Virus record (IMG/VR): IMGVR_UViG_3300020045_004676
Span: 1 to 36,736 of that record
Reading direction: 5' to 3' (one strand)
Source of the DNA: a virus
Lineage: Duplodnaviria; Caudoviricetes
DNA: 36,736 bases
Shown: positions 27,359-36,044 of the stretch, piece by piece
Layout: the number at the start of each line of letters is the position of its first letter
Position numbering within the stretch: the first letter of the stretch is position 1
Translations under genes and position numbers: made by a program
Notes under the pieces: model-generated
What the model was told of the DNA's origin: nothing
Databases searched by the model: none
Seen by the model: the letters and a program-made list of their open reading frames with translations, nothing else

Positions 27359-27806
27359 GTATCTCACCTCTCTTTTTATCAAGTTCTCTCTGTTTTTTCA
27401 TTAATTTCATATACAAATAAACTCGATTTAATTTTGAATCATTTTTTTCATTCTTAGATATATTAAGAGTAGATTTAATCCTATCTATTATTTCTTCATA
27501 ACTAGAAATCTCATCTTTTAAATCCAATCTCTTAATCTCATCTTTTATATAATTTTCAATTGTATTAATCATTGGCATCTTCTTGAATAAATCATTTTCT
27601 TTAATTAAATCCCAATCATTAAGCTTAAAATAATCAACCGTATAAGGTTTGTTATTTATCTTCTCATAAATCGAAAGAGCAGGTTGTGTCTCAGATTTAA
27701 GAACAGGAAGCTCTTTAACCTCTACTAGTTTTTCGGTATTATTAACCCTTGGCTTTTCGGCCTCTACCTGCTCATTAGATTTAAGAACTGCTACTAAATT
27801 TGACAC
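27333..27806 (-). CDS. Hypothetical protein
   Basis: 157-aa ORF coupled to the epimerase; KPYTVDYF motif. Confidence 0.65.
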   Translation of the reverse strand: MSNLVAVLKSNEQVEAEKPRVNNTEKLVEVKELPVLKSETQPALSIYEKINNKPYTVDYFKLNDWDLIKENDLFKKMPMINTIENYIKDEIKRLDLKDEISSYEEIIDRIKSTLNISKNEKNDSKLNRVYLYMKLMKKQRELDKKRGEILGRRNAES

Positions 27807-28675
27807 AATTCAATCTTTCTCCTTATGATTTCACGAATCTTGCCTTCGGCATTTCCATCTCCGAACATTCCAATTTCACGAGTCCACTCTGTTTTTCCTA
27901 TATTCTTAATTGGTGTCCCGCAAAAATAAGCCTCTCTCGTAATCCCTCCAGAATCAGTAATTACAATCTTCGCATTTTCAATCTCTTCCATCATTGCTTC
28001 ATAAGTAATTGGCTCTAGCATCTCAATATTATGAGGGAGAATAACTCCAAATTCTAAAATCTTCTTCTTAGTATGAGGATGACAATAGAATTTTAATCTT
28101 CCTTCACTTTCCAAAGAATTGAATAGTTTCTGCATTTCATGGGCTTCTTTGAGATGCTCTCTCCTATGTATGGTAAGAATCCCATAGTCTTTATGCTTTC
28201 TATTCTTAATGTATTGGTCAAACAATAAATCGCCAACAACAAATATCTTCCCATTTACTCCTTCCTCTCTTAAATTATCTGCATGAAATTCATTAACACA
28301 AAATAAATAATTAGACATAGAATCAACTTCAATTCTTATCCTTTCCTCTGGTCTCTCTGTATCTCCTAGTCTAACCCCCGCCTCTAAATGGGCTAAAGGA
28401 ATATTAAAATCATAGGCACACTGAGCTCCAATTAATGTACTCGTTGTATCTCCATAAACAATAACCAAGTCAGGTAATAATTCCTGTAAATATAATCTTA
28501 AATAATGAGCCATCTTTAAGATTCCATCTTCTGGTATAGTTCTGTCTATTTTAATATCCTTAATAAACATATCTTTATCACGATGTTGCCCTGTCCAAAT
28601 AATAAAATCTTTACCAGTTATATTAACTAACTTCGATAAATGAGGGCGACATCCGATTATCTGTACTATCTTCAT
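27794..28675 (-). CDS. wecB: UDP-N-acetylglucosamine 2-epimerase, non-hydrolysing (WecB/WbpI family), short form
   Basis: GCRP, TGQH, VYGDTTS, HLEAGVR, PEE, TIHRRE, TDSGG..REAYF. Confidence 0.88.
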   Translation of the reverse strand: MKIVQIIGCRPHLSKLVNITGKDFIIWTGQHRDKDMFIKDIKIDRTIPEDGILKMAHYLRLYLQELLPDLVIVYGDTTSTLIGAQCAYDFNIPLAHLEAGVRLGDTERPEERIRIEVDSMSNYLFCVNEFHADNLREEGVNGKIFVVGDLLFDQYIKNRKHKDYGILTIHRREHLKEAHEMQKLFNSLESEGRLKFYCHPHTKKKILEFGVILPHNIEMLEPITYEAMMEEIENAKIVITDSGGITREAYFCGTPIKNIGKTEWTREIGMFGDGNAEGKIREIIRRKIELCQI

Positions 28676-29121
28676 TTAGTTCGAATACCTCTCGCACTGT
28701 ATCCGACCACACATTCCCCATCCATGACATTCCGAGTGACAACTGATCCTGCCCCTATCATTGAGTTTCTTCCTATTGTTATCCCGCAGAGTATTACCGC
28801 TCCCATTCCTATTGAGGCTCCGTCTTTTACTTTTGTTGGCCATACTTTCCACGCTCCTTTTGCTTTAGGATACTTATCATTTGCGAAAGAACATTTGGGG
28901 CCAATAAAAACATCATTACCAATTGTCACCCCTTTAGGAATAAAGACTTGAGCTTGGATTTTACATCCATCACCAATTACAACTCCATCTCCAATTTCAG
29001 TATAAGAACCAATCACACAATTCTTTCCAATCTTTGCAGTTGGATATATATTGCAATAGTGAAATATCTTAGTATTTCGAAAATATCTGAGATATAATCT
29101 TCGGATTAAATCTTTTATCAT
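28672..29121 (-). CDS. Left-handed beta-helix sugar N-acetyltransferase (WbpD/FdtC/WxcM-like)
   Basis: Hexapeptide repeats; VFIGP..SFANDKYP; GASIG..AVIL.GITIG..SMIGAGSVVT. Confidence 0.88.
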   Translation of the reverse strand: MIKDLIRRLYLRYFRNTKIFHYCNIYPTAKIGKNCVIGSYTEIGDGVVIGDGCKIQAQVFIPKGVTIGNDVFIGPKCSFANDKYPKAKGAWKVWPTKVKDGASIGMGAVILCGITIGRNSMIGAGSVVTRNVMDGECVVGYSARGIRTK

Positions 29122-29782
29122 GTATTAATAACTCCGTTACAGGCATGACACAATGTCCGCCTGGACGACCTTTAGGTGGATTAAGTATTGGAAGTTGCAT
29201 ATCATCATAAGAATGTTGTATTTGATCGTTCTGTGTTTTATCCCAAAGTTTCACATCTTCATAATCCACATCAACAATCTTTGCCATTTCATTTATCTCA
29301 TCTGCTATCCCAAGATATGCCATATACTTTGCAAGTGAAACTATTTTTAAAAATTCAGTAGTATCTGTTCCTTTTGTAAAGACTGTTTTAAAAATATTCA
29401 AATATTGAGTTGCATAAGCAAAAGATAAATCATCATTGTAGCCAACGAACTTAACATATCTTTTTAAATCTTCATAAATGTTGGGATGACGGCCGCGCAC
29501 GGGGGAGTGAACTACATTCCCTTTTAATTGTTTTGTTGTTCCTATGGGCACAGAAGAGTGAACAATAGTAAGCTGAGGCGAAAAAAGAGATATGTACTTA
29601 TTACAAATACCAATGAAGTCACCACTATAAGGAATACAAACATTAAGATTCTCACAACTATCAGGATAGTCCTCTCGTTTTGTATTGACATCTATTCCCA
29701 CCACCTCATAATGTTCTTCAAGAACTTTTTTCAAAGCTCCTCCGACTTCTCCAAGTCCTGCGATGATGCTATTTACTTTCAT
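29069..29782 (-). CDS. UDP-glucose/GDP-mannose dehydrogenase-family protein lacking the C-terminal domain
   Basis: GLGEVG, NVCIP, SSVPIGTT, HSPVRG, EFLK, catalytic GGHCV; only 237 aa. Confidence 0.8.
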   Translation of the reverse strand: MKVNSIIAGLGEVGGALKKVLEEHYEVVGIDVNTKREDYPDSCENLNVCIPYSGDFIGICNKYISLFSPQLTIVHSSVPIGTTKQLKGNVVHSPVRGRHPNIYEDLKRYVKFVGYNDDLSFAYATQYLNIFKTVFTKGTDTTEFLKIVSLAKYMAYLGIADEINEMAKIVDVDYEDVKLWDKTQNDQIQHSYDDMQLPILNPPKGRPGGHCVMPVTELLIHDKRFNPKIISQIFSKY

Positions 29783-30734
29783 TTTCCCTCCATTTTTTTA
29801 CTAAATCGACCACGTGCATGGCCTGCTCTTCTCGTAAACTTGGGAATAATGGGAGTGAAACTGTCCGTTTTGCTAACATATCTGTCTTGGGAAGCTCTTT
29901 ATAGCACTGTTTGAAGGCTGGTTGGCGGTGTAATGGGGTATAAAAGTGGACTGAACAACTAACCCCATTCATACTCATAAAGCGTATAAAGTCATCTCTA
30001 TTGTCGACTTCTATCGTATAAAGGTGCAAAGAATCAACTTTTTCCTCTAATTCTTGGTTGTAATAATCAACTATTGCCTTAACTCTACGGTTTTTATCAT
30101 CTAATTTATCTAATTGAACAAGAGCAATTACAGCCTGCATATCTGTCATATTCATCTTCCACCCTGGAAAATCAATAGAATAATTGTATCCATTACCCTT
30201 TCTACCATTCCAACGTGCTCTATCTAACCATTCCATAGCATAATAATCATCTAAGCAAATCATGCCACCTTCTGCTGAACTTATTTGTTTTGTGGGATAG
30301 AAAGAGTAAGATACCATCGCCCCTCTTAAGGGATAATACATACCACGTTCAATCTGATGCGCAGAATCAACTATCTTGAAAATTCTATCATTCTTTAAAT
30401 GATAAGCTTTTCCAACATACGATTCATCTTCCCAGTTAATCTTAGCTCCACAATGTAAAACCATGCTTGCTGGAGAAGCAAAGGTCAACGATGGCATTGT
30501 CACCACATCATCTTGCCCAATGCCATTACATTTCATTGAAAGAAATAATCCAGATGTACAAGAATCAACTGCTATCGCATATTTTGATCCAACATAAGAA
30601 CTAAATTCTTTTTCAAGAAGTCGGGCGTTCTCTCCACCAGACAAAACCCCCTGCCTCATAATCCTATCTATTTCAGATATTTCTCTCCTATCAAAAAAAG
30701 GTTTAAAGAAAGGAACTAAGAATTTCTTTTCCAC
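29769..30734 (-). CDS. DegT/DnrJ/EryC1/StrS sugar aminotransferase
   Basis: AVDSCTSGLFL, DSAH, SFYPTKQISSAEGGM, GWKMNMTD, SLPLFP. Confidence 0.92.
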   Translation of the reverse strand: MEKKFLVPFFKPFFDRREISEIDRIMRQGVLSGGENARLLEKEFSSYVGSKYAIAVDSCTSGLFLSMKCNGIGQDDVVTMPSLTFASPASMVLHCGAKINWEDESYVGKAYHLKNDRIFKIVDSAHQIERGMYYPLRGAMVSYSFYPTKQISSAEGGMICLDDYYAMEWLDRARWNGRKGNGYNYSIDFPGWKMNMTDMQAVIALVQLDKLDDKNRRVKAIVDYYNQELEEKVDSLHLYTIEVDNRDDFIRFMSMNGVSCSVHFYTPLHRQPAFKQCYKELPKTDMLAKRTVSLPLFPSLREEQAMHVVDLVKKWRENESK

Positions 30735-31609
30735 AAAACATACTCCTTTAAATCTTCTTCGAAATTAGTTTTAGGTTCGAAGCCTAGCGATTTAGCTAAT
30801 GTTATATCTGCACACAATCTCTGAACTTCACCTAATCTTGGAGAAATATGTTTAATCTCTGATTTACTATTAGTTATCTGCTTAATAGTCTTAGCAAGAT
30901 CATTAATCGTAACAGTTTTTCCTGTACCAAAATTTACAATTGATCCAGCAGGAAGGTCAATAGAGAGGACATAAGCTTGAATAGCATCTTTTATATCCAT
31001 GTAATCTCTTGATTGAGTTCCATCTCCAAAGATGCAGAGAGGTTCATCTTTGAGTGCAGCTTTTGTAAATTTTGAAATGACCCCCCCATAACTATCATCA
31101 TTCTGATACTTACCAAAAGTATTGAAATTACGAACAACAACTACATTAGTTCCATATGTTTTATAATAGGCATAACACATCCTATCTCCACAAACTTTAC
31201 TTGCGCCATAGGGCGACTGACAGTCAAGTTGATGACTTTCAGAAATCTTATCAGACTGAGAAGTCCCATAGATCTCTGACGTAGAAGCAAATATAACTTT
31301 GACATTATATTTACGAGCCAATTCTAAAACATTCTGGGTACCTAAAACATTAATCCCAATAGTTTCATCTGGATTACTTATACTCTTATCAACATTAATC
31401 TGGGCGGCTAAATGAAAAACGATATCTGCGTTTTTAAAATATGGTTCCAAATCATTTATATACCTTACATCACAATATTCTGAAGGTATAGGATTGGCAC
31501 ATGGATGCATTAAATTGTCTAATGCAGCAACTTCGTGTCCTGCATCTTTCAAATACTGAAATAGATGAGAACCGATAAAGCCTTTTCCTCCGTCGATAAC
31601 TATATTCAC
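30716..31609 (-). CDS. NAD-dependent nucleotide-sugar epimerase/4,6-dehydratase (extended SDR)
   Basis: GGKGFIGSH, HLAAQ, STSEIYG, SPYGASK, RNFNTFG, GDGTQSRDY. Confidence 0.92.
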   Translation of the reverse strand: MNIVIDGGKGFIGSHLFQYLKDAGHEVAALDNLMHPCANPIPSEYCDVRYINDLEPYFKNADIVFHLAAQINVDKSISNPDETIGINVLGTQNVLELARKYNVKVIFASTSEIYGTSQSDKISESHQLDCQSPYGASKVCGDRMCYAYYKTYGTNVVVVRNFNTFGKYQNDDSYGGVISKFTKAALKDEPLCIFGDGTQSRDYMDIKDAIQAYVLSIDLPAGSIVNFGTGKTVTINDLAKTIKQITNSKSEIKHISPRLGEVQRLCADITLAKSLGFEPKTNFEEDLKEYVLWKRNS

Positions 31610-31625
31610 TACACACCTCTATAAT

Positions 31626-31663
31626 CTGATAACGGTTAACCTACCACCGTAAGGGCTCATCAG
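31626..31663 (-). promoter_or_regulatory. Bulged stem-loop between the capsid and sugar genes (no U-tract)
   Basis: CTGATG...ACGGT-loop-ACCGT-TATCAG. Confidence 0.45.
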
Positions 31664-31672
31664 CTCCGTCAA

Positions 31673-32728
31673 TTAGTTGACTAGGGTCAAGAAAGCATTT
31701 CCGCAGTTCTTATTAAGAACCTTAGAAGCCATAAGCACTTTCCATCCAATCGTTGACCATTGGTCAAGAGGATTAGAAGTATCATACTTATTAGGAGCCT
31801 TAGTTGTTACCTTAACGCCTTTCTCTGAATTTAATTCAGTTGTTGCGACGCAACCTTCTCCCCACATAATATTCCAAACACCTGAGATGTTAGCTGCCCA
31901 AGGAGCTGATGTACGAGCTACTACATCCAAAGGAATAGTTGATTCGTAAATCTTTACTCCATGCGCTCTTCCTACTTCACCTTTATCCAAGACTTCTGGT
32001 CTTGTATAAACTTGCCATGTTGCCCACTCAGTTGATCTCTGAATCTGAGCAATACATTTTGGGTGAGTATAAAGTTTGTAATATCCATCCTTAAATGGTC
32101 TTACATTTGCTGAACGAAGTCTGGCAGCAACACGAGAAATCTTATCAAGATCAAGTGTATGTCCACCATCAATCGCTGTGATAGCCGAAAGAGTCGCATA
32201 CAATGTTGCAAAAGAAGTAATTAAACTTCCGTTTGCTGACATATAATATGAACTCAATCCACCTTGAACTCCATAGAACCATGTTGAAATGGTTTGTGAG
32301 TTAGCTGGATTTTCTCCACCTGGCTCAGTATCGGCCAAGAATGATAGGTAAATTCTGGAATCAACTGATATAGCAGCTGAATCTCCAAAGTTTTCTACGC
32401 ACTCTTTAACTACATCTGAGAAAGATGTTAACTCAAGAACATCAGATACAGCTGTCCATGAACCTAACTGATATATACTCGATGTAACTGCAGTACCTGA
32501 TAGATAGGTTTGGGTTGGGACTTCGCCTTCTGTCAATGCTGCTATAGAAACTGGGAAATTTGTAAACCTGTTCCAATTAATAGTCTTTCCTGTGCCCTTA
32601 GGCATATCTTTCTTGTCAACCATTCCATAAAGAACAGTTCTTGCAATTAATCTTTCAAGCATTAATTTGTCATAATAATTACCTACAACGGATGATATAT
32701 CCCCTGTAGCTCTTACATCTGGTGCCAT
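31673..32728 (-). CDS. Major capsid protein (N4-gp56 family)
   Basis: YYDKLMLER, MPKGTGKTI, LTEGEVP, YQLGSW..VSD, GEVGRAHGVKIYES, SNPLDQWSTIGWK. Confidence 0.92.
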   Translation of the reverse strand: MAPDVRATGDISSVVGNYYDKLMLERLIARTVLYGMVDKKDMPKGTGKTINWNRFTNFPVSIAALTEGEVPTQTYLSGTAVTSSIYQLGSWTAVSDVLELTSFSDVVKECVENFGDSAAISVDSRIYLSFLADTEPGGENPANSQTISTWFYGVQGGLSSYYMSANGSLITSFATLYATLSAITAIDGGHTLDLDKISRVAARLRSANVRPFKDGYYKLYTHPKCIAQIQRSTEWATWQVYTRPEVLDKGEVGRAHGVKIYESTIPLDVVARTSAPWAANISGVWNIMWGEGCVATTELNSEKGVKVTTKAPNKYDTSNPLDQWSTIGWKVLMASKVLNKNCGNAFLTLVN

Positions 32729-32750
32729 TTGAATCTTCTCCTTTTATATT

Positions 32751-33608
32751 TTAAGTATTAACTAAACCCTTCGCCTTCATAAATTCAAAGAGTTCCGAGC
32801 TTGTCATTTTATTAATGTTTAAAGGTTGTTCTACAGTTGTTTTAGTAGAGCCTTCAACGAACGCATCTTTTTTGGTCTGCGTCTTTACCAAGGCTTCTTT
32901 ACGCCCTTCTTCTTTTGCCCTCTGGACTTCTTCAGTAGATTTCCTACCTTTAACAGTCCAGTATGCAGTCTCAAGAACTTGTGAATAGTAATTAGGATTT
33001 TCCACTACCTCTGTAGGAAGTTTATTGATTTCTTCCTTCATGTCATTTTCGTAATTGGTAAAATCAGAATATCGGCTCCTAAAAGCATTTACAGTATTCT
33101 GTGCAACAATCCCATTTAGGCTTGCTTTCACGTTATATAATTCATTCTGTAAACCTTTTGTAGATTCTTCAGCTTCCAATTTCGCCAACCAACGATTTGC
33201 AGATATTGGGTCTCTATCGTGCCATTCATTAAACTGTTCTTGCGTGATTACAGGATCAGGTTGTTTCGGCTGTGCCGAAGCCTTTATAGCCTCTAATTCA
33301 CGTTTGATAGAAGAAAGGTCTTGAGCCATGCGTGTGTTCCAAGCATAAGCCTCTTTATAACTTTTCTTTACCTTCTCATAGTCTCCACCAAATTCATCAA
33401 CAACTTCCTTTGGCTGGGCTTCAGGTTTAACTTCTTCTACTTTTGGTTCTTCAACTTTTACTTCTTCTTGAACTTCTTCCTTTGGAACCTCTATAGTCTC
33501 TTCAACTACAGCTTCAGGAAGATTGGTCTGTTCTGCTTCTTTTATCGCTTGTTCCATTTCGGAGGCGGTAGCAGTAGAACTTAGATTGTCAATCTTTCGT
33601 TTTGCCAT
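32751..33608 (-). CDS. Capsid scaffolding protein
   Basis: Acidic N-terminus, KSYKEA coiled coil, directly upstream of the MCP. Confidence 0.75.
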   Translation of the reverse strand: MAKRKIDNLSSTATASEMEQAIKEAEQTNLPEAVVEETIEVPKEEVQEEVKVEEPKVEEVKPEAQPKEVVDEFGGDYEKVKKSYKEAYAWNTRMAQDLSSIKRELEAIKASAQPKQPDPVITQEQFNEWHDRDPISANRWLAKLEAEESTKGLQNELYNVKASLNGIVAQNTVNAFRSRYSDFTNYENDMKEEINKLPTEVVENPNYYSQVLETAYWTVKGRKSTEEVQRAKEEGRKEALVKTQTKKDAFVEGSTKTTVEQPLNINKMTSSELFEFMKAKGLVNT

Positions 33609-33610
33609 TT

Positions 33611-33928
33611 CTATTCTCCTTTTAATTCTTCATTTATTAACTTAGAATCTTCTATCGCTAACTCTATAATCTGTAATGCAGATTGCAGTCCAAGAAATTC
33701 GCCTTGCGTTCTAAACAATTCTTTTTCATTGTCTACGGTGCAAAACCTTTTAGAAAGAGACGCACTCCTGTCTAAAAGTTCTTTCTCGAATCTCTGCCAA
33801 CCTGATGTTTTTCTCATTTCAATATAATCTGTAGAAATCGCATTTAGCTTTTCAGCTTCTGCTTCAAGTATTTTTTTCTGTTCGATCTTATCTTCTTCAT
33901 TCTGATTCATAATATAATCTTGTAACAT
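33611..33928 (-). CDS. Conserved head-module protein between portal and scaffold
   Basis: TSGWQRF...FRTQGE pattern; position. Confidence 0.65.
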   Translation of the reverse strand: MLQDYIMNQNEEDKIEQKKILEAEAEKLNAISTDYIEMRKTSGWQRFEKELLDRSASLSKRFCTVDNEKELFRTQGEFLGLQSALQIIELAIEDSKLINEELKGE

Positions 33929-33937
33929 AAATACTCC

Positions 33938-34066
33938 TTACTTCATCTTGCCCATAGATGCCATCTTGGAAAATCCCATTTTCTTCTTCATCATTCCAGA
34001 CATCTTTTTATCCATCATCTCTTCACCTTTCGATTCTTTTTTCCCTACTTTTACCTTTTTAGCCAA
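33938..34066 (-). CDS. Lys/Met-rich microprotein (42 aa; not in ORF track)
   Basis: TTG start after AGGTGAG; MAKKVKVGKKESKGEEMMDKKMSGMMKKKMGFSKMASMGKMK. Confidence 0.6.
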   Translation of the reverse strand: MAKKVKVGKKESKGEEMMDKKMSGMMKKKMGFSKMASMGKMK

Positions 34067-34071
34067 TCAAC

Positions 34072-34221
34072 TCACCTGCCTTTACTTGCCATTTGATGCC
34101 ATTTTGTTGAGCCTTTCTTCTTTTTGTTCATTGAAGCATAGAATACTTCTTTACCTTTCTTTGCTCCATATTCTTTACTCATTGATGCTAATACTTTTTT
34201 ACCACTTTTAGTTAGAGGCAT
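34072..34221 (-). CDS. Small basic phage protein (49 aa; not in ORF track)
   Basis: TAATG overlap with portal; MPLTKSGKKVLASMSKEYGAKKGKEVFYASMNK is a recurrent phage motif. Confidence 0.75.
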   Translation of the reverse strand: MPLTKSGKKVLASMSKEYGAKKGKEVFYASMNKKKKGSTKWHQMASKGR

Positions 34222-36008
34222 TAATATCCTCCCCCTTGCGCATTTCCCCCACCACCCATCTGCTGAGGGATCATTCCCTCTTGTGGAGTTGGAGGTCTCA
34301 TTTCTGTTGGTTCTACTGGGCCTTGTGGGCCTTGAGGTGCCATTCCTTGCTGTCCTTGCATACCAGGCATCATTCCAGGGACTTGTGGAGCAGGCGGTGG
34401 ATTCATAGATTCAAAATCTTTATATCCCCATGCTTCCCAAATCCTACGGGTTATTTCTTTTTTCATCTGTTGCATTGTTGGATCAGGCCCAATGATCTGC
34501 ATATAATTTATCATTTGCTGGACTTTAAGGTTCTTATCAGTCAACTGTGTAGCTCCATTAATTGTAAAATCAAATTCACGAGCTGTATCGGCTGGAGTTG
34601 CAGTAACAAAAGCAATTCCTTCTTGCCCTACAATGCGAACTACTTTTTCTTTATCCATAAATTTCTGGTTCAATTGATGGAACTTTTTAACAATAGGTTT
34701 TAATGCCATCTCTTCAATTAGTTTAACGTGTAAGGCAAACTGTTTGCTTCCCATCTTTTGTAAGATAGAAGATTCCGTTGCTGTCCTTTGGGCATTTGCT
34801 CCACCACCAGTTACATACTTTGTAACCCCAGTAATCTCTTCGCATTTACCTTCAAGCATATTCTCTTCAGCAAATGAACTTGAAGAAGAAATATCTGGCA
34901 TTGAAACAACTTCAATAGCTGACATATCATCAGTCAACCAAACTCCACCAGGTTTACTAATAAGATTGCGAACATTAACATTAGCCCCACGCCTTACCTT
35001 CAAGATTAGATTCTGACGTAGATTCCTATTATCTAATCGTTGATTTACCTCGGAGTTTAATTGGTCTTGGATATCCCTAACTTTCTCAGGAATACCAACT
35101 CCAGCTAATTCAAAAGGATTTGGCCATAGAGAACACATAACGAAAGGATCAAATCCAATCCCTAAAGGATTTTCTCGTTCTGGTCTAACAATTACACTCT
35201 GTCCTGCAATAGTCATAGTCTTTGTTCTATCAATATTCCAATACTCAAGTAGCTCAACTCTGCGATCATCTCCTTCTTCAGAAGAATATGCGGAAGGAAT
35301 ACCTAATCTGGCTTTCTTAGTTTCAGCCTGATACCTTTCAGTATCCTTATCCATCGTAATATTGTTTTCTAATTCATCAATATTTTTATAAATTCCTTGT
35401 CGCTTCATTTCTCCAATAGTCTTTTCTGAACGATGGATAATCCAAGTATCAGAAAGTTTAGTTGCTTTAGGAGAATAATAAACATTAAAAATATCAAGAG
35501 GAGTAAAACATGGGCCATCAAATAAAACGATTTCATTTTTAACTTTTTGCTTACCCAAAATAATATCTTCAATCTCAACAGTTTCTTCCCTGGTATCTTT
35601 TCTCCAATAACATTTACCAAAAGTAGTACCATAGAAAGCCATTTGTTTTAAGAAATCAAAGAATTTAAGTTGGAAATCATCAACGTCAAAATCATAATTA
35701 AGTAGCGATTGATTGATCTTTGCTGTTACAACATCAAGTTCTTCACGAGGATTAACTTCAAAGAAAGGATTAGCTCCAAAGATAGTTAGCATTAAATCAG
35801 GAAGCAGTCCATCAACAGCACGGGCAGTTGCTGGAATAAAAAGTTTACTTCTCCATTTGTAATAATCTTTCATGGTTTCAGAATCAAGCCATGAACGATA
35901 TTGTTTATAATCTTTCACATAGTCATCACGCTGTGAACGATAATAATTCTTCGAACTGGAATATAATTTATTAACGTAATCTACTTTGCTGTCAATTTCG
36001 TAAGACAT
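34221..36008 (-). CDS. Portal protein (podovirus type)
   Basis: RSKLFIP, FYGTTFGK, GVGIPEK..DIQDQLN...NQRLDN, RTATE, P/Q/M-rich tail. Confidence 0.9.
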   Translation of the reverse strand: MSYEIDSKVDYVNKLYSSSKNYYRSQRDDYVKDYKQYRSWLDSETMKDYYKWRSKLFIPATARAVDGLLPDLMLTIFGANPFFEVNPREELDVVTAKINQSLLNYDFDVDDFQLKFFDFLKQMAFYGTTFGKCYWRKDTREETVEIEDIILGKQKVKNEIVLFDGPCFTPLDIFNVYYSPKATKLSDTWIIHRSEKTIGEMKRQGIYKNIDELENNITMDKDTERYQAETKKARLGIPSAYSSEEGDDRRVELLEYWNIDRTKTMTIAGQSVIVRPERENPLGIGFDPFVMCSLWPNPFELAGVGIPEKVRDIQDQLNSEVNQRLDNRNLRQNLILKVRRGANVNVRNLISKPGGVWLTDDMSAIEVVSMPDISSSSSFAEENMLEGKCEEITGVTKYVTGGGANAQRTATESSILQKMGSKQFALHVKLIEEMALKPIVKKFHQLNQKFMDKEKVVRIVGQEGIAFVTATPADTAREFDFTINGATQLTDKNLKVQQMINYMQIIGPDPTMQQMKKEITRRIWEAWGYKDFESMNPPPAPQVPGMMPGMQGQQGMAPQGPQGPVEPTEMRPPTPQEGMIPQQMGGGGNAQGGGY

Positions 36009-36044
36009 TAATTCTCTCCTAATAAAACAAATAATTCATTTTTT

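Larger units (their letters stand above)
1..36040. mobile_element. Tailed bacteriophage genome segment (podovirus-like; partial, no large terminase seen)
   Basis: Co-oriented, tightly coupled portal-scaffold-capsid-adaptor-nozzle-ejection-lysis genes; no tape measure or tail tube gene recognised; RusA, HNH and MTase early genes. Confidence 0.93.

Noticed and set aside
18216-31609. Sugar genes as a host O-antigen locus or gtrABC serotype-conversion moron
   Set aside because: No flippase, polymerase, initiating transferase or membrane GT seen; genes are interleaved with and coupled to virion genes
27794-31609. Legionaminic/pseudaminic acid pathway
   Set aside because: No NeuB-type synthase or CMP-transferase, and the epimerase motifs are of the non-hydrolysing type
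31626-31670. CTGATGAG on the minus strand, resembling a hammerhead ribozyme core
   Set aside because: No stem II followed by GAAA; the segment instead pairs with TATCAG in a simple stem-loop
1365-35016. Numerous plus-strand ORFs in the track (e.g. 5144-5494, 8649-9008, 18229-18621, 34236-34703)
   Set aside because: Antisense to well-supported minus-strand genes, with no motifs or RBS
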